In this document: positions 34,532-58,109 of the stretch, piece by piece
Layout: each line of letters opens with the position of its first letter
Numbering within the stretch: the first letter of the stretch is position 1
Assembly (NCBI RefSeq): GCF_009914755.1
Contig: NC_060926.1
DNA length: 64,000 nt
Direction: 5' to 3' (one strand)
Source: the human T2T-CHM13v2.0 reference genome, Homo sapiens
Made by a program: the position numbers and the translations under genes
The notes under the pieces: model-generated
The model's input: the letters and a program-made list of their open reading frames with translations, nothing else
Told to the model about the DNA's origin: nothing
The model's database searches: none

Positions 34532-35342
34532 TGAGGGTCTGTCAGAGGATGGACAAGGACTGCTGTGACTCACGGACAGTGTTTGTAAAGGCACCATCTT
34601 CATGGTTGTGCATGTCCTTCAGCTCGGCAGGATCAGGGACACTACATTCAGAACTGATCCATCCTGGGGTTTTTGCTTGCCTGATTTTCAGCTGAACGGT
34701 GATGCAACAGTAAATTAGAATTGTGGACATGATAATTTTTAGTGGTCCCATCTTGCGAAAGATACAGAGGTGACCACAGGAGACCTAGGCACTCACAGGA
34801 AGTAGAAGTGTCAAAGAGGTTGACTCAGTTGAGTGGAAGTGGGGCTGTGAAGGTGGGATGGATGCATGTGATCAGAGAATGAAACATGGAGTTCAGTTTC
34901 CAGAGAGGGATCTGTCCTGAGAAAAGTTTTTCTGACCAGGAGTTGGGGGTCTGGTGTATGATGTGGGGACATCGTAGAGTTTGGAAGGTATGGTGATGGT
35001 TGCATGTCAAAAGGGTCTTCTACTTGGAATGCTGAAATTATCAAGAGTGGGTGGAAGGGACTAGGGAGGAGATAAGACCGTGAATCTATAAGCCCAGTGA
35101 AGCTGGGACCAGTGATGAATGGACATGTGTCCAAGAAGGGAAGTGTTTCTCAGGTGAAGCTGATCATATCACCAAACTCACCCTATCCCACTCCAAGTTT
35201 CTATAGTGGGATCTATTCTTTTTCCAAAAATTTCAGAGGTGACTTTCATTAATACAGAATATTTGGGTTTCATTGAAATAGTACTCTGGGATGTGAAAAA
35301 CCAAATTCACACACCAATGAATTTGGTTTCTAAATCCATTAA

Positions 35343-35659
<317 letters not shown>

Positions 35660-36130
35660 AGGGAGCCATCTTTCTTGTGAGAGAATTGAGCCCTTTTTTG
35701 TCATATTCACTGAATTTATATGAACTTCCATGAGTTTAGGTCCTTTGTATTCTTATTTCTGTACTTCTTTTTATTAGTGTAGGTATTATTGCAAAGGACA
35801 CTAAACTTTATTTTTGTTTTTGATCAAACCACAAGATATTTGTTCTACTGGTTTTCTTTTCCCCTTATGCAATGTAGTTACTGAATTGTAAAAAATATAT
35901 ATGTTCTTTAGCTTTGTAAAAATGTGGAAAATTAGGAAGGCATTTGAATAGTGATTGTGGCTCTTTTCTTGTGGTTTTTCACTATGAATATATTCTTTAG
36001 ACTGAACTGCACTGGCTCAAATCTTCACTCTCATTTTTCTAGCTATGTGACCTAGGACAGGTACCCTAAGCATTGTGGTTTTAATGTTGTTATAGTGAGC
36101 ACCCAATAAATATTATCTGTTATCATTCTT

Positions 36131-36758
36131 ATTATTTTAGTTTAATTGCATTTATTTTATGCTGAATTTCTTCCAGAGCCATAGGTAAATTTTTTCTTCA
36201 GTTTCTTCTGGGATATCTTTTTCTTCTGTGCAACCTCATCCTCAGGTTTAGGAACAATTTGTTCCTTATCAGTAAAGATCATCTTGAATGTGGCAGTGGG
36301 GGGTCATGTAAGGGTTAATCCAATAATGAGCTCTGCAAGACGCATGGCTCATCTTGGATGCTTTGTTTACTTGGATAAGCTTAATGATGAGAGAATCTAC
36401 ATCTAAATTGTTATATTTAGCATTATTCTCTGCATTTTAAAGCACATGCAGCAAAAATCCAGCACCCTATTTGGGCCACCGACCTTGTGTCCAGCCCCAC
36501 TGCTCGGCCCTGGGCACACTTGCCAGCCCCTCCATTGCAATATCGAAATGGTGCACACTGCTTCCATAAAGTGACATCCTTCAGACACTTGGTGGCTCTT
36601 TGTATATGCATACATTGATGGCCTGGGTAGTTTCACGAATGTCCTTTAAGTGAACAGGAAAACTGAAACCTCTTGAATTGCATGATTTTGTGGTGTTTCT
36701 GGGTCAAGTGAATAAAGAAGAATTTTCACAGATCACCTTAGGCCTCTTAGAGGAAGAG
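36131..36758 (-). pseudogene. RPL17 (60S ribosomal protein L17/uL22) processed pseudogene, full length (probably RPL17P11)
   Basis: [23 protein letters not shown] matches RPL17 [23 protein letters not shown]; 3' part encodes [25 protein letters not shown]; 5' TOP-like CTCTTCC at 36758; ATG changed to ATT at 36721-36723; AATAAA at 36151-36156; intronless, frameshifted. Confidence 0.93.
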
Positions 36759-37496
36759 CTATCATCATCATTAGTAGAGTTTAAGACTCCTGCAGGACAA
36801 GATGTGTCACCTGGAGACCTTTGCCATGTTCGTGCCAATTTACTGAGTGCATGAAAGATCATTTACACCAAAATCTTTATCATGTATTATCTGTGACAGA
36901 CACGCCATTATCATTTTTATTACATTGATTTCCTTTGTTATTTTGTCACCCTTACTTACTTGGTTTGGTTGACCCTTAGATTTGAAATTTTTCTACAAAT
37001 ATACAAGACTAAAGTTGAAATCTTACGTTTCTTCTCCCTCTCTTTCTCCTTGATTTAAAGTTTATGGATAGGTTGAATTATTTGATTGGTCTTCTCAAAG
37101 AAATAACTGTGGAATTTGTATATTCTTTTCACTGTTTCATTTTCCGTTTCGTTAATTGCAGCTTATTTTTGCCTTAATGATTTCATCCTAGTTTCTTTTG
37201 GTTGATTTGTAGCTGCTTTTGCAACTTCGTTAGAGGACTATTACACTTCTTTACATTTGATTTTTCTTAATGAAGCATTGAGGGCTCGAGTAAAAGATTT
37301 CTTTTACTTAGGTTTTGGTAAAAATTGCTGTTCTTTTCATTGCTTTTAGATAATTTAAATATCAGTTTTTAAATTTCTCCTTTGATGCAGTGACTGTCTA
37401 TAAGGCTGTTACCTAATTCTGATATTGTTAATAATTTTGTAGTCATCTCCCTCTTATTTTTTCAAGTTATTTTGTATTATAATAAGAATGTTTCTT

Positions 37497-39949
<2,453 letters not shown>

Positions 39950-42900
39950 CCTGGTCAACAATCTTAAGTCCAATAAGAATGTTTCTTATGAAGACACTAC
40001 TTAAAAAATTCTTAATAGGTTACCTTGATGGTCTAATACAGAATTGTCCAATAGAAATATAATGTAAGCCACATACATAATTTAAACTTTTCTAGTGGGC
40101 ATGTTAGAAACCAGCAAAAAGAAACCACTGAAATTAATTTTACTAAGGCATTGTTTAACCAGACATATCACAAATATTATCCTTTCAACATATATTCGAT
40201 ATAAGATTATGACTTAACTATTTGACATAGTTTTTTCTTGCTAAGTCTTCAAAATCTAGCATATATCTGACATTTACAGCATATCTCAATTTGGAATAGT
40301 CACATTTCAAGTGCTCAATAGTCATATGTAGTTAGTGACTACCATATGGTCAATGTTTACAAATGTAAACATTGTAAGAGACTTACATTTTCTTCACATA
40401 GTTTGTTGTTATCATTAAATAATAATCCTTAAAATCCATTTTATTGGATACCAGTATTGCTACTCCTATGTTATTTTTTCAATTCCCCATCTCTTTTAAT
40501 TTGAAAATGATTTGTAGGCAGGTGGGTGGCTCACACCTGCAATTTCAGCCCTTTGGGAGACTGATGCAGGAGGATTGTTTGAGCCCAGGAGTCTGAGAGC
40601 AGCCTGGGAAACGTGCTGAGACTGCATCTCTACAAAAAATCAAAAAATTATCCAGGTGTGATGGCGCACACCTGTGGTCCCAGCTACTCAGGAGGCTGAG
40701 GCAGGAGGATTACTTGATCCGAGGAGGTGGAGGCTGCAGTGTGCCATGTTCACACCACCTCACTCCAGCCCGAGTGACAGAGTGAGGCCCCATTTCAAAA
40801 AAATAAAAATTTCTTTGGCATATGGAAATCTTGTTTAAAAAGTTTAGAAAACATTTTTTAAAACTCCAATATGAAAAGCTGGGTGCAGTGGCATGCGCCT
40901 ATGGTCCCAGGTACTTGGGAGGCTCAGGTGGGAGGATCATTGAGCTCAGGAGTTTCAGCACCTGTGGTTTTTTGATTTATTTATTTAAAACACAACAAAA
41001 ACCAAAATTGCTTCCATCTCATAGTCTTTTGATGTCAGCATTCTGATTCTGTCCACTCTTAATCTTATTCTTTCCACTGAATGTAAGCTCATTTCTTTAA
41101 CAGAAATTTCCTTTTTCCTTATTAATTTTGGAATTTCATGGTACTTTTCCACTTTTAGGGAGATGCAGTGCAGCGTCTTCAAGTCTCCCACTCTTACGCC
41201 TGTCTCCTTCACTTGTAAGAGCCCTTGTGATTACACTGTCCTGCCCAGATACCCAGGACAATCTCCCCATCTTAAAACTCTTAATTTAATCATATCTGTG
41301 AAGTCTCTTCCACCTGTAACGGAACATATTCCCAGGTTTGAGGAAGTACAATGTAGATACTTTTGTGGGGCTGTGATTCTGCCTACCACAGACACTAAGC
41401 TTAAAGTGAAACCCACATCTTATTCAAGGCTTGGAGGTTTTCCTCTATTCGACCATTTAAATTTAATTTTTGTTCCTTTTCTCCATAGTCTTCTATTCTC
41501 CAGGCTTCAGAGCTATCAGCTTACCATTCAATTATCTCCTTTTTTCCTGATCTTCCTTTTTTCATTTTTAAAAAACAATACCTTTCAAAGAGCAAAAGTT
41601 TTAGATTTTGATGAGGTTCTTTCTAGCAAAGTTTTATCATTTGTTGTTTTTGTACCCTAAGGAATCTTTACCCCAAGATGTGAAGATTAGTTTCTGTGTT
41701 CTCTTACAAACATTAAAGAATTCCAGTTTGTGTGTTTAGGTCTGTGAGATTGGCAGAGGGGAACAAGACCACACAGGTCAGTCTTTCAGGATGCTTTTTT
41801 CTGTCTCTGGACTTTGCTGGGGTGACCTCACTGACACCCATGGCTTCCACATATGCGGATGGCTCCAAGTCTATCTGTGCAGCCCAGACCCCTCCTCATC
41901 TCCAGACCCTGGAAGCTGATGACTTGGGCAGCTCCTTCTGTTTCCCAGGCACCAGGAGCTCCTCCCTCCCCATAGTTCTGCTATCCTTAGGGCCCCTAGG
42001 TCTCTGGAGTACCACCGTCTTCCAAGATACATGGGCCTCCTCAGGGTCTGGGAGTCCCAGACATGTGACAAGAAATCAGATGACTTCACTGTCTAAATAA
42101 AACACTACTACTTGGAGGTAGAACATGGGAGCCCATGAATGTGGGAAGAGCACACTACCAGGCGTGTTCCACCCGTCACCTGGGCTCATCATGAGGGTGC
42201 TTAGGAAGCATATAGTTTTAAGGGGGTTGGAGGAATAGTTCAGAGGCTGAGAGGTTGCACCCACAGCTGAGAATCCCTTTCTAGTGCTCTATGTCCTTAC
42301 AAATTCCCAGGAATCATCCTCTACTGGACAGTTCCCAAAGCCCTTGCAGACCTTCCTTTTCTGTGCCATCCTGCGTGTGCTGCCCTTGAGCTGGGTGTCC
42401 CCCAGTAGACGCTTCCATTCACTGCCTGTCCCATGGGTTCTGTCCAAAGGTGGAATCTGTTATCAATGTGGAGTAATTTCCTCCCTAAGGGAAGCCTCAG
42501 CCTCACCAGCAATGGCAGACACGGCCAGGCAAGAAGACACAGGGGCAGTGAGATAGAAAGTGCACACCCCAGACAGCCTGCCCACATCATCCTGAGGTGA
42601 CCAGGACAAGGTGGCATCAGCAATCTTGTGAGCACAGCACATGTGGGAGTGACTTTCTGGAGTAGGATAAGCCTCATTGGGCTTGAGGCCCTTGTGAGTG
42701 CTCAGGGTCTCTCCTTTAGAAAGGCACATATTTAATTCTCCATCTTGAAATTTGGACTAGGGCCCCCACAAATTGTGCAGCCCATTCTGTTCTGGAGGAA
42801 CCATTCTTATCAGAACTTGGTGCTGGATTGACTTGGAGAAGAGCCTGACCATAATCTTCAGGATGAAATAAAGGCCTGGATGACTGAAATAAAGACTGGA

Positions 42901-43607
42901 GCCTTCGGCATTCAGAAGAGGAATTCAGACTGTGCAAGATCTGAGGCCAGGCTCCAGCTCCCCCAGTCCCTTGGTGAGCAGGAGCTCCCTGAACCCACCA
43001 TGGGTCTTTGCTAGGGTTGTCTTGCCCATGTGTGCTTTAGATAGCAGCACCTCTTCTTCCATGGTGTATATGGAGAATCCTCAACAAAGTCTTCCCAAGA
43101 ATCTGATCATCACATCTTGAGCTCAGCCTCCCTGCAGCTTTTTCTATATTGACAGCCACTTCAGAGAGAGTCCTCTCTGATCCTTACAAGAAATATCCTG
43201 GTGCGAAAAACGACCAAAACCACATAGCCAGCCTCCACGCTGTTCAGAGAAAGCTGGCTTAGCAATGTTGTATGGTTTTTGGATGCGCTGCGTTACTCAT
43301 ACATGAGAAGAAAGTTTCAAGGGTTAGCAAATAGGGTCACATCCAGCAGAGAGCATATGACTGGGGGCTAGGGCAATGGTGACTCCTCAGACCTCAGCTG
43401 CTGCCTGATAAACATGGTTAACAGAGAAGTAGGAGACAGTGACATGAAATGGGTGTTCACAGCCTTGTGTTGGGAATTGGATGAGAAACAAGAGCTTGAA
43501 CTTGGATGTTCCCCAGAGTGAGCACAGGGTCAGACGTGTTTTTCAAGATAGTCATGATCGGTCTTTTCCAGGGTGGGGCCCACAGTGAAAAACAGTGATA
43601 GATTAAT

Positions 43608-43621
43608 GGTTAATAATTAAC
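43608..43621 (+). promoter_or_regulatory. HNF1 site, UGT1A3 promoter
   Basis: Perfect GGTTAATAATTAAC 150 bp upstream of ATG. Confidence 0.8.
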
Positions 43622-43709
43622 TAGAGGAGGGCACTCTGTCTTCCAATTACACGTTGATTTGCTAAGTGGCTCAGTGACAAGGTAATTAAGATGAAGAAAG
43701 CAAATGTAG

Positions 43710-44777
<1,068 letters not shown>

Positions 44778-45911
44778 TAAGGGGTCTCTAGTAGCGTATT
44801 TCAGGTTTTAAATGGTCACTGAGAGGAAGAGGAAGTAGACACGAATGTTTGTAAAAGGATGGACAAGGACTGGTGTGACTCATAGAGACTGTTGGTTTGT
44901 AAAGGCACCATCTTCATGGTTGTGCATGTCCTTCAGCTTGGCAGGAACAGGGACACTACGTTTGGAACTGATCCATCCTGGATTTTTTGCTAGCATGATT
45001 TTCAGGGGAAAGATGATGCAACAGTAAATTACAATTGTTGACATGATAATTTTTAGTTGTCCCATCTTGCAAATGATAGACAGGTGACCACAGGAGACCT
45101 AGGCACTCACATGAAATAGAAGTGTCAGAGAGGTTGACTCAGTGGAAGTGGGGCAATGAAGTTGGGATGGATGTCTGTGATTAGAGAATGACACACGAAG
45201 TTCAGTTTCCAGACAGGGATCTGTGCTGTCAAGAGATTTTCTGGTCAGGATTTGGGGTCTGGTGCATGATGTGGGGACATCTCAGAGTTCGGAAGGCAAA
45301 GTAATGGTTGCATCTCAAATGATTCTTCTACTTGGAATGCTGAAATTATCAAGAAATGGCGGAAGGGGCTAGGGAGGAGATAAGACTGTGAATCTATAAG
45401 CCCAGTGAAGCTGGGGACAGTGATGAATGGACATGCGTCCAAGAAGGGAAGCATTTCTCAGGAGAGGCTCATCACATCACCAAACCCACCCTACTGCACT
45501 CCAGGTTTCTATAGTGGGATCTACTCCTTTACCAAAAATTTCAGAGGCAGCTTTCATTAATCCAGAATATTTGGGTTTCGTTGAAATGGTACTCTGGGAC
45601 CTGAATATTGTTTCTTATTCCTTGCTGTGCCATGTACATCGTGAGAGAATCAGCCTTTTTATGTCATATTCACCGAATGTGTATGAACTTCCATGATTTA
45701 GATCCTTTTGTATTCTTATTTCTGTGCCTTTTTTATAAATGTAGGTATTATTGCAAAAGACTCTAAGCTTCATTTTTCTTTTTGATCAAACGACATGATT
45801 TTTTTATGCAATGTAATTATTCAATTATAAAATACGTGTTTATTTAGATTTGTAAAAATGTTGAAAAGTGGGATGGCATTTAAATAGTGACTGTTGCCCT
45901 TCCAGTTTTTC

Positions 45912-52369
<6,458 letters not shown>

Positions 52370-52601
52370 CTTCCAGTTTTTCAATGTGAACATATTCTCT
52401 AGAGTTAACTACATTGGCTCAAATCTTCACTATCATCTCAGTGGAGCAGAACAAATTGGGAACTGTGGCACAGGTCACTCTTGCTATGCCCCTTAAGAAT
52501 TCCACATTAACAAAGCTAATTTTCGAGTGTGGTAAAGAACAGGCTAGTGTATTTAGTAGTGAGTCCATTGACTGTTTCCCAACATGAGGTCACACTAGAT
52601 T

Positions 52602-54883
52602 TAATATGGTTTGGCTCTGTGTCCCCCACCAAATCTCATCTTGAATTGTAATCCCCATAATCCCCACGTGTTGAGGACAGGACATGGTGGGAGGTCCCCA
52701 CCTCCTAATCTCATCATAGTGAGTGAGTTCTTATGAGATCTGATGGTTTTATAAGGGGCCCTTATCCCTTCACTTGCAAGCTATTCCTCTTTCTCTCTTT
52801 CATGTAAGACGTGTCTTTGCCTCTCTCTCACTTTCTGCCAGGATTATAAGTTTCCTGAGGCCCCTCCAGCCACATGGAACTGGAGTCAATTAAAGCTCTT
52901 TCCTTTATAAATTACCCAGTCTTGGGTATGTCTTTATAGCAGTGTGTGAATGGACTAATACAGTAAATTGGTGTCATGGAGAGTGGGGTACTGCTATAAA
53001 ACTACTTGAAAATGTGGAAGTGACTTGGAACTGGGTAACAGGCAGAGGCTGGAACAGTTTGGAGAGCTCAGAAGACAGGAAGATGTGGGAAAGTTTGGAA
53101 CTTCCTGGAGACTTGTTGAACGGTTTTGACCAAAATGCTGATAATGTTGTGGACAATGAAGTCCAGGCTGAGTCTCAGATAGAGATGAGGAATCTGTTGA
53201 GAACTGGAGCAAAGGTCACTCTTGCTAAGCTTTAGCAAAGAAACTCGTGGCATTTTTGCCCCTGCCCTAGAGCTCTTTGGAACTACGAACTTGAGAGAGA
53301 TGATCTGAAATTGGAACTTATGTTTAAAAGGGAAGCAGAGCATAAAAGTTTGGAAAATTTGCAGCCTGACCATGTGGTAGAAAAGAAAAACCCATTTTAT
53401 GGGGAGAAATTCAAGCCAGATGCAGAAATACTAGCTAAAGAAATTTGAATAAATAAGGAGGAACCAAATGTTAATCACCAAGACAATGGGGAAAATGGCT
53501 CCAGGGCATGTCAGAGACCTTTGCAGCAGACCCTCCCATCACAGGCCTGGAGGCCTAGGAAGGAAAAATGGTGTTTTAGGCTGGGTCCAGGCCCCCACTG
53601 CTGTGTGCAGCCTCAGGACTTGGTGCCCTGTGTCCCAGTGGCTCCAGCCATGGCTAAAAGGGGCCAAGGTAGAGCTCAGGCCATTGCTTCAGAGGGTGCA
53701 AACCTCAAGCCTTGGCAGCATCGATGTGGTGTTGGGCCTGCGGGTACACAGAAGATAAGAATTTAGGTTTGGGAACCTCCACATAAATTTTAGAGGATGT
53801 AAGGAAATGCTTGGATGTCCAGGCAGACGTTTGCTGCATGGATAGAGTCCTTATAGAGAACCTCTGCTAGAGAAGGGTGGTAAAGAAATGTGAGGTTGGA
53901 GCCCCCACACAGAGTCTCCACTGGGGCACTGCCCAGTGGAGTTGTGAGAAGAAGGCCACAGTCCTTCAGAACCCAGAAGGGCAGATCCAATAGCTTGCAC
54001 TGTGTGCCTGGAAGAGCCACAGACATCAATGCCACCCTCTGAAAGCAGCCAGGACGAGGGCTTTACCCTGCAAAGCCACAGGGTTGGAGCTGCCTGAGAC
54101 CGTGGGAGCCCATTTCTGGCATCACCTTGATCTAGATGTGAGACATGAAGTCAAGGGAGATTATTTTGGAGCTTTAAGATTTAATGACTGCCCTGCCTGG
54201 TTTTGGACTTGCATGGGGCCTATAGCCCCTTTGTTTTGGCCAGTTTCTCCCATTTGAAATGGGAACATTTACCCAATTTCTGTACCCCCATTGTGTCTTG
54301 GAAGTTACTAACTTGTTTTTGATTTTACAGGCTCATGGGGGAAGGGACTTGACTTGTCTCAGATGAGACCTTGGACTATGGACTTTTGAGCTAGTGCTGA
54401 AATGAGTTAAGACTTTGGAGGACAGTTGGGAAGGCATGATTGGTTTTTAAATGTGAAAAGACATGAGATTTGGGATGGGCCAGAGGGCAGAATGATATGA
54501 TTTGACTGTGTGTTTCCACCCAAATCTCATCTCATATTGTAATTTCCATAATCCCCATGTGTTAAGGTTGGTACCTGGTGGGAGCTGATTGAATCATATC
54601 GGCAGTTTTCCCCATGCTGTTCTTGTCATACTAAGTGAGTTCTCATGAGAGCTGATGGTTTTATAAGGGACTCTTTCTCCTTTACTCACAAGCTTTTCCT
54701 CTCTGTCTCTCGCCTGCTGCCATGTGAGACATGCCTTTGCTTATCTCTCACCTTCTGTCATGATTGTAAGTTTCCTGAGGCCTCCCCAGTCATGTGGAAC
54801 TGTGAGTCAATTAAACCTCTTTCTTTTATAAATTACCCAGTCTCAGCTGCGTCTTTATAGCAGGCTGAGAATAGACTAATACA
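52602..54883 (+). mobile_element. Full-length THE1 (MaLR, THE1C/D-like): LTR 52602-52962, internal region, LTR 54493-54883
   Basis: Two related LTRs ending GACTAATACA; perfect 5-bp TSD AGATT. Confidence 0.92.
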
Positions 54884-55566
54884 AGATTGGTGGTGATTGA
54901 AGTTATACTGAAAGGGTTTAAAGGAGAGTCTGAGAAAAGGAAATGAATCTGCATTTATTGAGAAAGTTGATGAGAAAGTGGAATTAGAAATTCCTAGAAA
55001 GGTAAGTTGTTGTGTGAATTATTTCCCAAAATGGGGAAGTCTCTCTACCTGTTTGGAGACAGAAAGTGGAATCAGAGGAGAAGAAGATGATGGACAGAAA
55101 GGATCATTCCCTCTTCCAGATGCTTTCCAGTGTGTGATGTAAGCTGAACTAAAATCAGCTGTGTTGAACTCCAGCCAGAAAAAATGTCCGGCATTTTGTT
55201 TTTTGGGACCCTAATGAAATGGTTACAGGTCTCCAGGTCTCTTGGGGCTCACAGGGTCATGCCTTTCCTTGCCCAGTGTACTTGGTGAGAAGGTACAGGT
55301 GTTTCCATGGAGGGTGTTCATTTTAGGGATTTCAAGAGGGTCATCTTTGCACCACAGGAAATGCCCCCTTTTACACTCTGAAAACCTTATCAAACCGTTG
55401 TATAAAAGATGAATACCCACATAACAGGCTCTAGCACTGTTCTGTTTTTGAGCTGAGACATTTTAAAAGGAGATTTTTCAATTCTAAAAATTCTTTAAAT
55501 AAAATGCTCTTGCAGGGACAACATAGTAGGTCAACATTGTTCCCATCTCCACAAAAAGTTTTTTTT

Positions 55567-55745
55567 TTAATTAGCTAGGTGTGGTAGCATTTCTGTAGTC
55601 CTAGCTACTGGGAATGCTGAGGAGGAAGGATCACTTGAGCCCAGGAATTCGTGGTTACAGTAAGCTATGATCTTGCCTAGGTAACAGCTACAGAGCGAGA
55701 CCCTGTCTTTAAAACAAACAAGCAAACAGACAATCAAGCTTTACA
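55567..55745 (+). mobile_element. Alu monomer (FRAM/FLAM-like)
   Basis: AATTAGCTAGGTGTGGT...GAGCGAGACCCTGTCT plus A-rich tail. Confidence 0.7.
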
Positions 55746-56183
55746 CTTCTATAAAAGCAACACTTTCCATTTATGACAGCACTAATCCAGGATATATCAA
55801 AACTGAACTTGTGTTTGCTTTCAACTGTTAAAACTAGCCAGAGTTGTTACAGACCCACTACCTCTGAGTGACACTGGTATGCCACTCTTTGCTGACCACT
55901 GAACAATGGGATTTATGTACCCAATTGTGTAGATACACACCAACTCATTCTACTCTACCCAGAGTAGTGATTTCCAACACACAAAACCACAATGAAACTG
56001 CCCATGCCTTTCTACCACTTTGAAACTCCTTTCATCCCTGAACTGCTCCAAAAGCAAACCTACTCAGCAAACTACTCAGTGAGTATCTTCACACATGTAA
56101 GTTCCCTCGTCTGATGTACAAAAAACTGAACTCATTTTTCAAAAGCCTTAACAGTCTGTCTTATTCTGATACTTCTTTTATGG

Positions 56184-56588
56184 TTATTGTATGAGAATCA
56201 ACTACCCAGGCACCTCGGAGCATGTTGATTTCAGAGTTCAGTGTCAGACCCCATGAGCCCCTGTGGGATGGTGCCAGCTGACTGCCATGTTCCTGCTGTT
56301 TATTGCTTGGGTGCCATTACATGCAGAGTGGACTCTGAGGGTTCTAGAGCATATCCAAACCCATATCACACTCTTTGTTGGTTAATGATGTGTTCAAGCC
56401 ATGATTTTTCTGTAAAAAATTACCAGCATGCTGCTCTTAATTTTTTTCAGCCTATCCAGTTCAGTTGCCTTTTGCTCTCATGCCTTATGCAAACCTTTCC
56501 TCAGAGGTGACCCTAGAAGAAGGGACCCTTTGTGATGGAAAAGGTCTTCATTTGGGGCATAACCTGTGCCAACAGAAAGGTACTTTCT
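56184..56588 (+). pseudogene. Decayed UGT1A exon-1 relic (3' half)
   Basis: Colinear translated blocks LLYENQLPRHLGAC*FQSSVSDPMSPCGMVPADCHVPAVYCLGAITCRVDSEGSRAYPNP, PYANLSSE and VFIWGITCANRKVLS align with UGT1A3/4/5 exon 1 in this window. Confidence 0.85.
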
Positions 56589-56731
56589 TGTTGTGTTTAT
56601 GGTGCCTCACCCAAAAAATATTACAGATACACTTGGCTTTCATCAACCTAATTTGATATGTCCCAAGCATAGCAATAGGATAGTTCTGTGTGGCCTTATG
56701 GAGATCCTTTTTTTACATTTCCAGGACCCAC

Positions 56732-57222
56732 TGCCAAGACCAGCTTGGTCGTGGAGACCCTAACCCAGCAGCGCTAGACGAATTAAAGACACACACACAG
56801 AAATATAGAGTGTGGAGTGGGAAATCAGGGGACTCACAGCCTTCAGGGCTGAGAGCCCCAAACAGAGATTTACCCACATATTTATTGACAGCAAGCCTGT
56901 GATAAGCATCATTTCTATAGATTATAGATTAACTAAAAGTATTCCTTACGGGAAACAAAGGGATGGGCTCTGGCTAATTATCTGCAGCAGAAACATGTCC
57001 TTAAGGCACAGATGGCTCATGTTATTATTTGTAGTTTAGGAACACCTTAAGCGGTTTTCCTCCCTGGGTGGGCCAGGTGTTCCTTGCCCTTATTCCAGTA
57101 AACTCACAACCTTCAGCATAGGCATCATGGCTATCATGAACACGTCACAGTGCTGCAGAGATTTTGTTTATGGCCAGTTTAGGGGCCAGCTTCTGGCCGG
57201 AATTGGGGGCTTATCCCCAGCA
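56732..57222 (-). mobile_element. MER9 solo LTR (HERV-K HML-3)
   Basis: TG...CA termini; TGGCCATAAACAAAATCTCTGCAGCACTGTGAC on - strand; 6-bp TSD ACCCAC/ACCTAC. Confidence 0.88.
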
Positions 57223-58109
57223 ACCTACCATAGTTGGAGAACCACGTTCAGGCTGAAGACAGTCCTAGTATACCACCGACCAACCATGTAACCCCAAGGT
57301 TTGTCCTCAGCCTTCAGAGGGAACATGCTTCCACCGATTTCAGCTCAGTGATATGGGATTCAAATGTCTGACCTCCAAAATATTAAGATAATAAATGCAT
57401 GTTGTTTTGAACCATCATTAAATTAAGCCAGAAGTATTGATATTATTTGTAGATTTCACCACTACACACTAAACAATAAAGTCAAATGATTTAGAGCAAA
57501 CCACCTGGCTCACACTTTCCCAACGGAAAAAGGTAATGCTCAAAGTGCTGAACTGAACATTCTGTCCTACCACTAGCAAATAATCATTGTCTGCCTCAGG
57601 CTTAAGTTTAATAAATAGCAAATTGCATACAGATATTTTACAACGATTGAAAGACAAACAGAGGTCCTATCCGTGTAGTCCCAACGATAAGAACAGGTGT
57701 TGGCATGAAGTGTTTATAAATTCTTGGGTACAGCTGTTCTGAAAGTAAAGTTCACTTTCAATCCTAAAAAAAGTCCGCTATTCCTCCAGATGTGCTTAAA
57801 GTCAAATGTGGACTGGAATTACTTGGTGTCAATGCGGAGTAACTGCTCTTTGCTATTTATTATGAAGGACTTTAACTCAACTCTCCATCTTCCTCCACTT
57901 CCACCCTTTCTTGGCCATTCTCAATGATTCTCTTGGTGGTGATTTTTTTACCATCAACTATTTCAGTGGAAGTCGACATGGACTTGAAGCTGCCTGTCCC
58001 ATCACTACCGTAGGACATGCAGAAGGAAGAAAGGCCCCCACTTCCCAGGGAGCCAAAGGAACGAAATCCTGTATCAAAAGAAGAAAAAACACCCCCAAAA
58101 GCTGGAAAT

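Noticed and set aside
36323-36372. HNF1-like GGTTAATCCAATAA and FOXA-like TGTTTAC as an enhancer
   Set aside because: Both are antisense RPL17 coding sequence; no independent support
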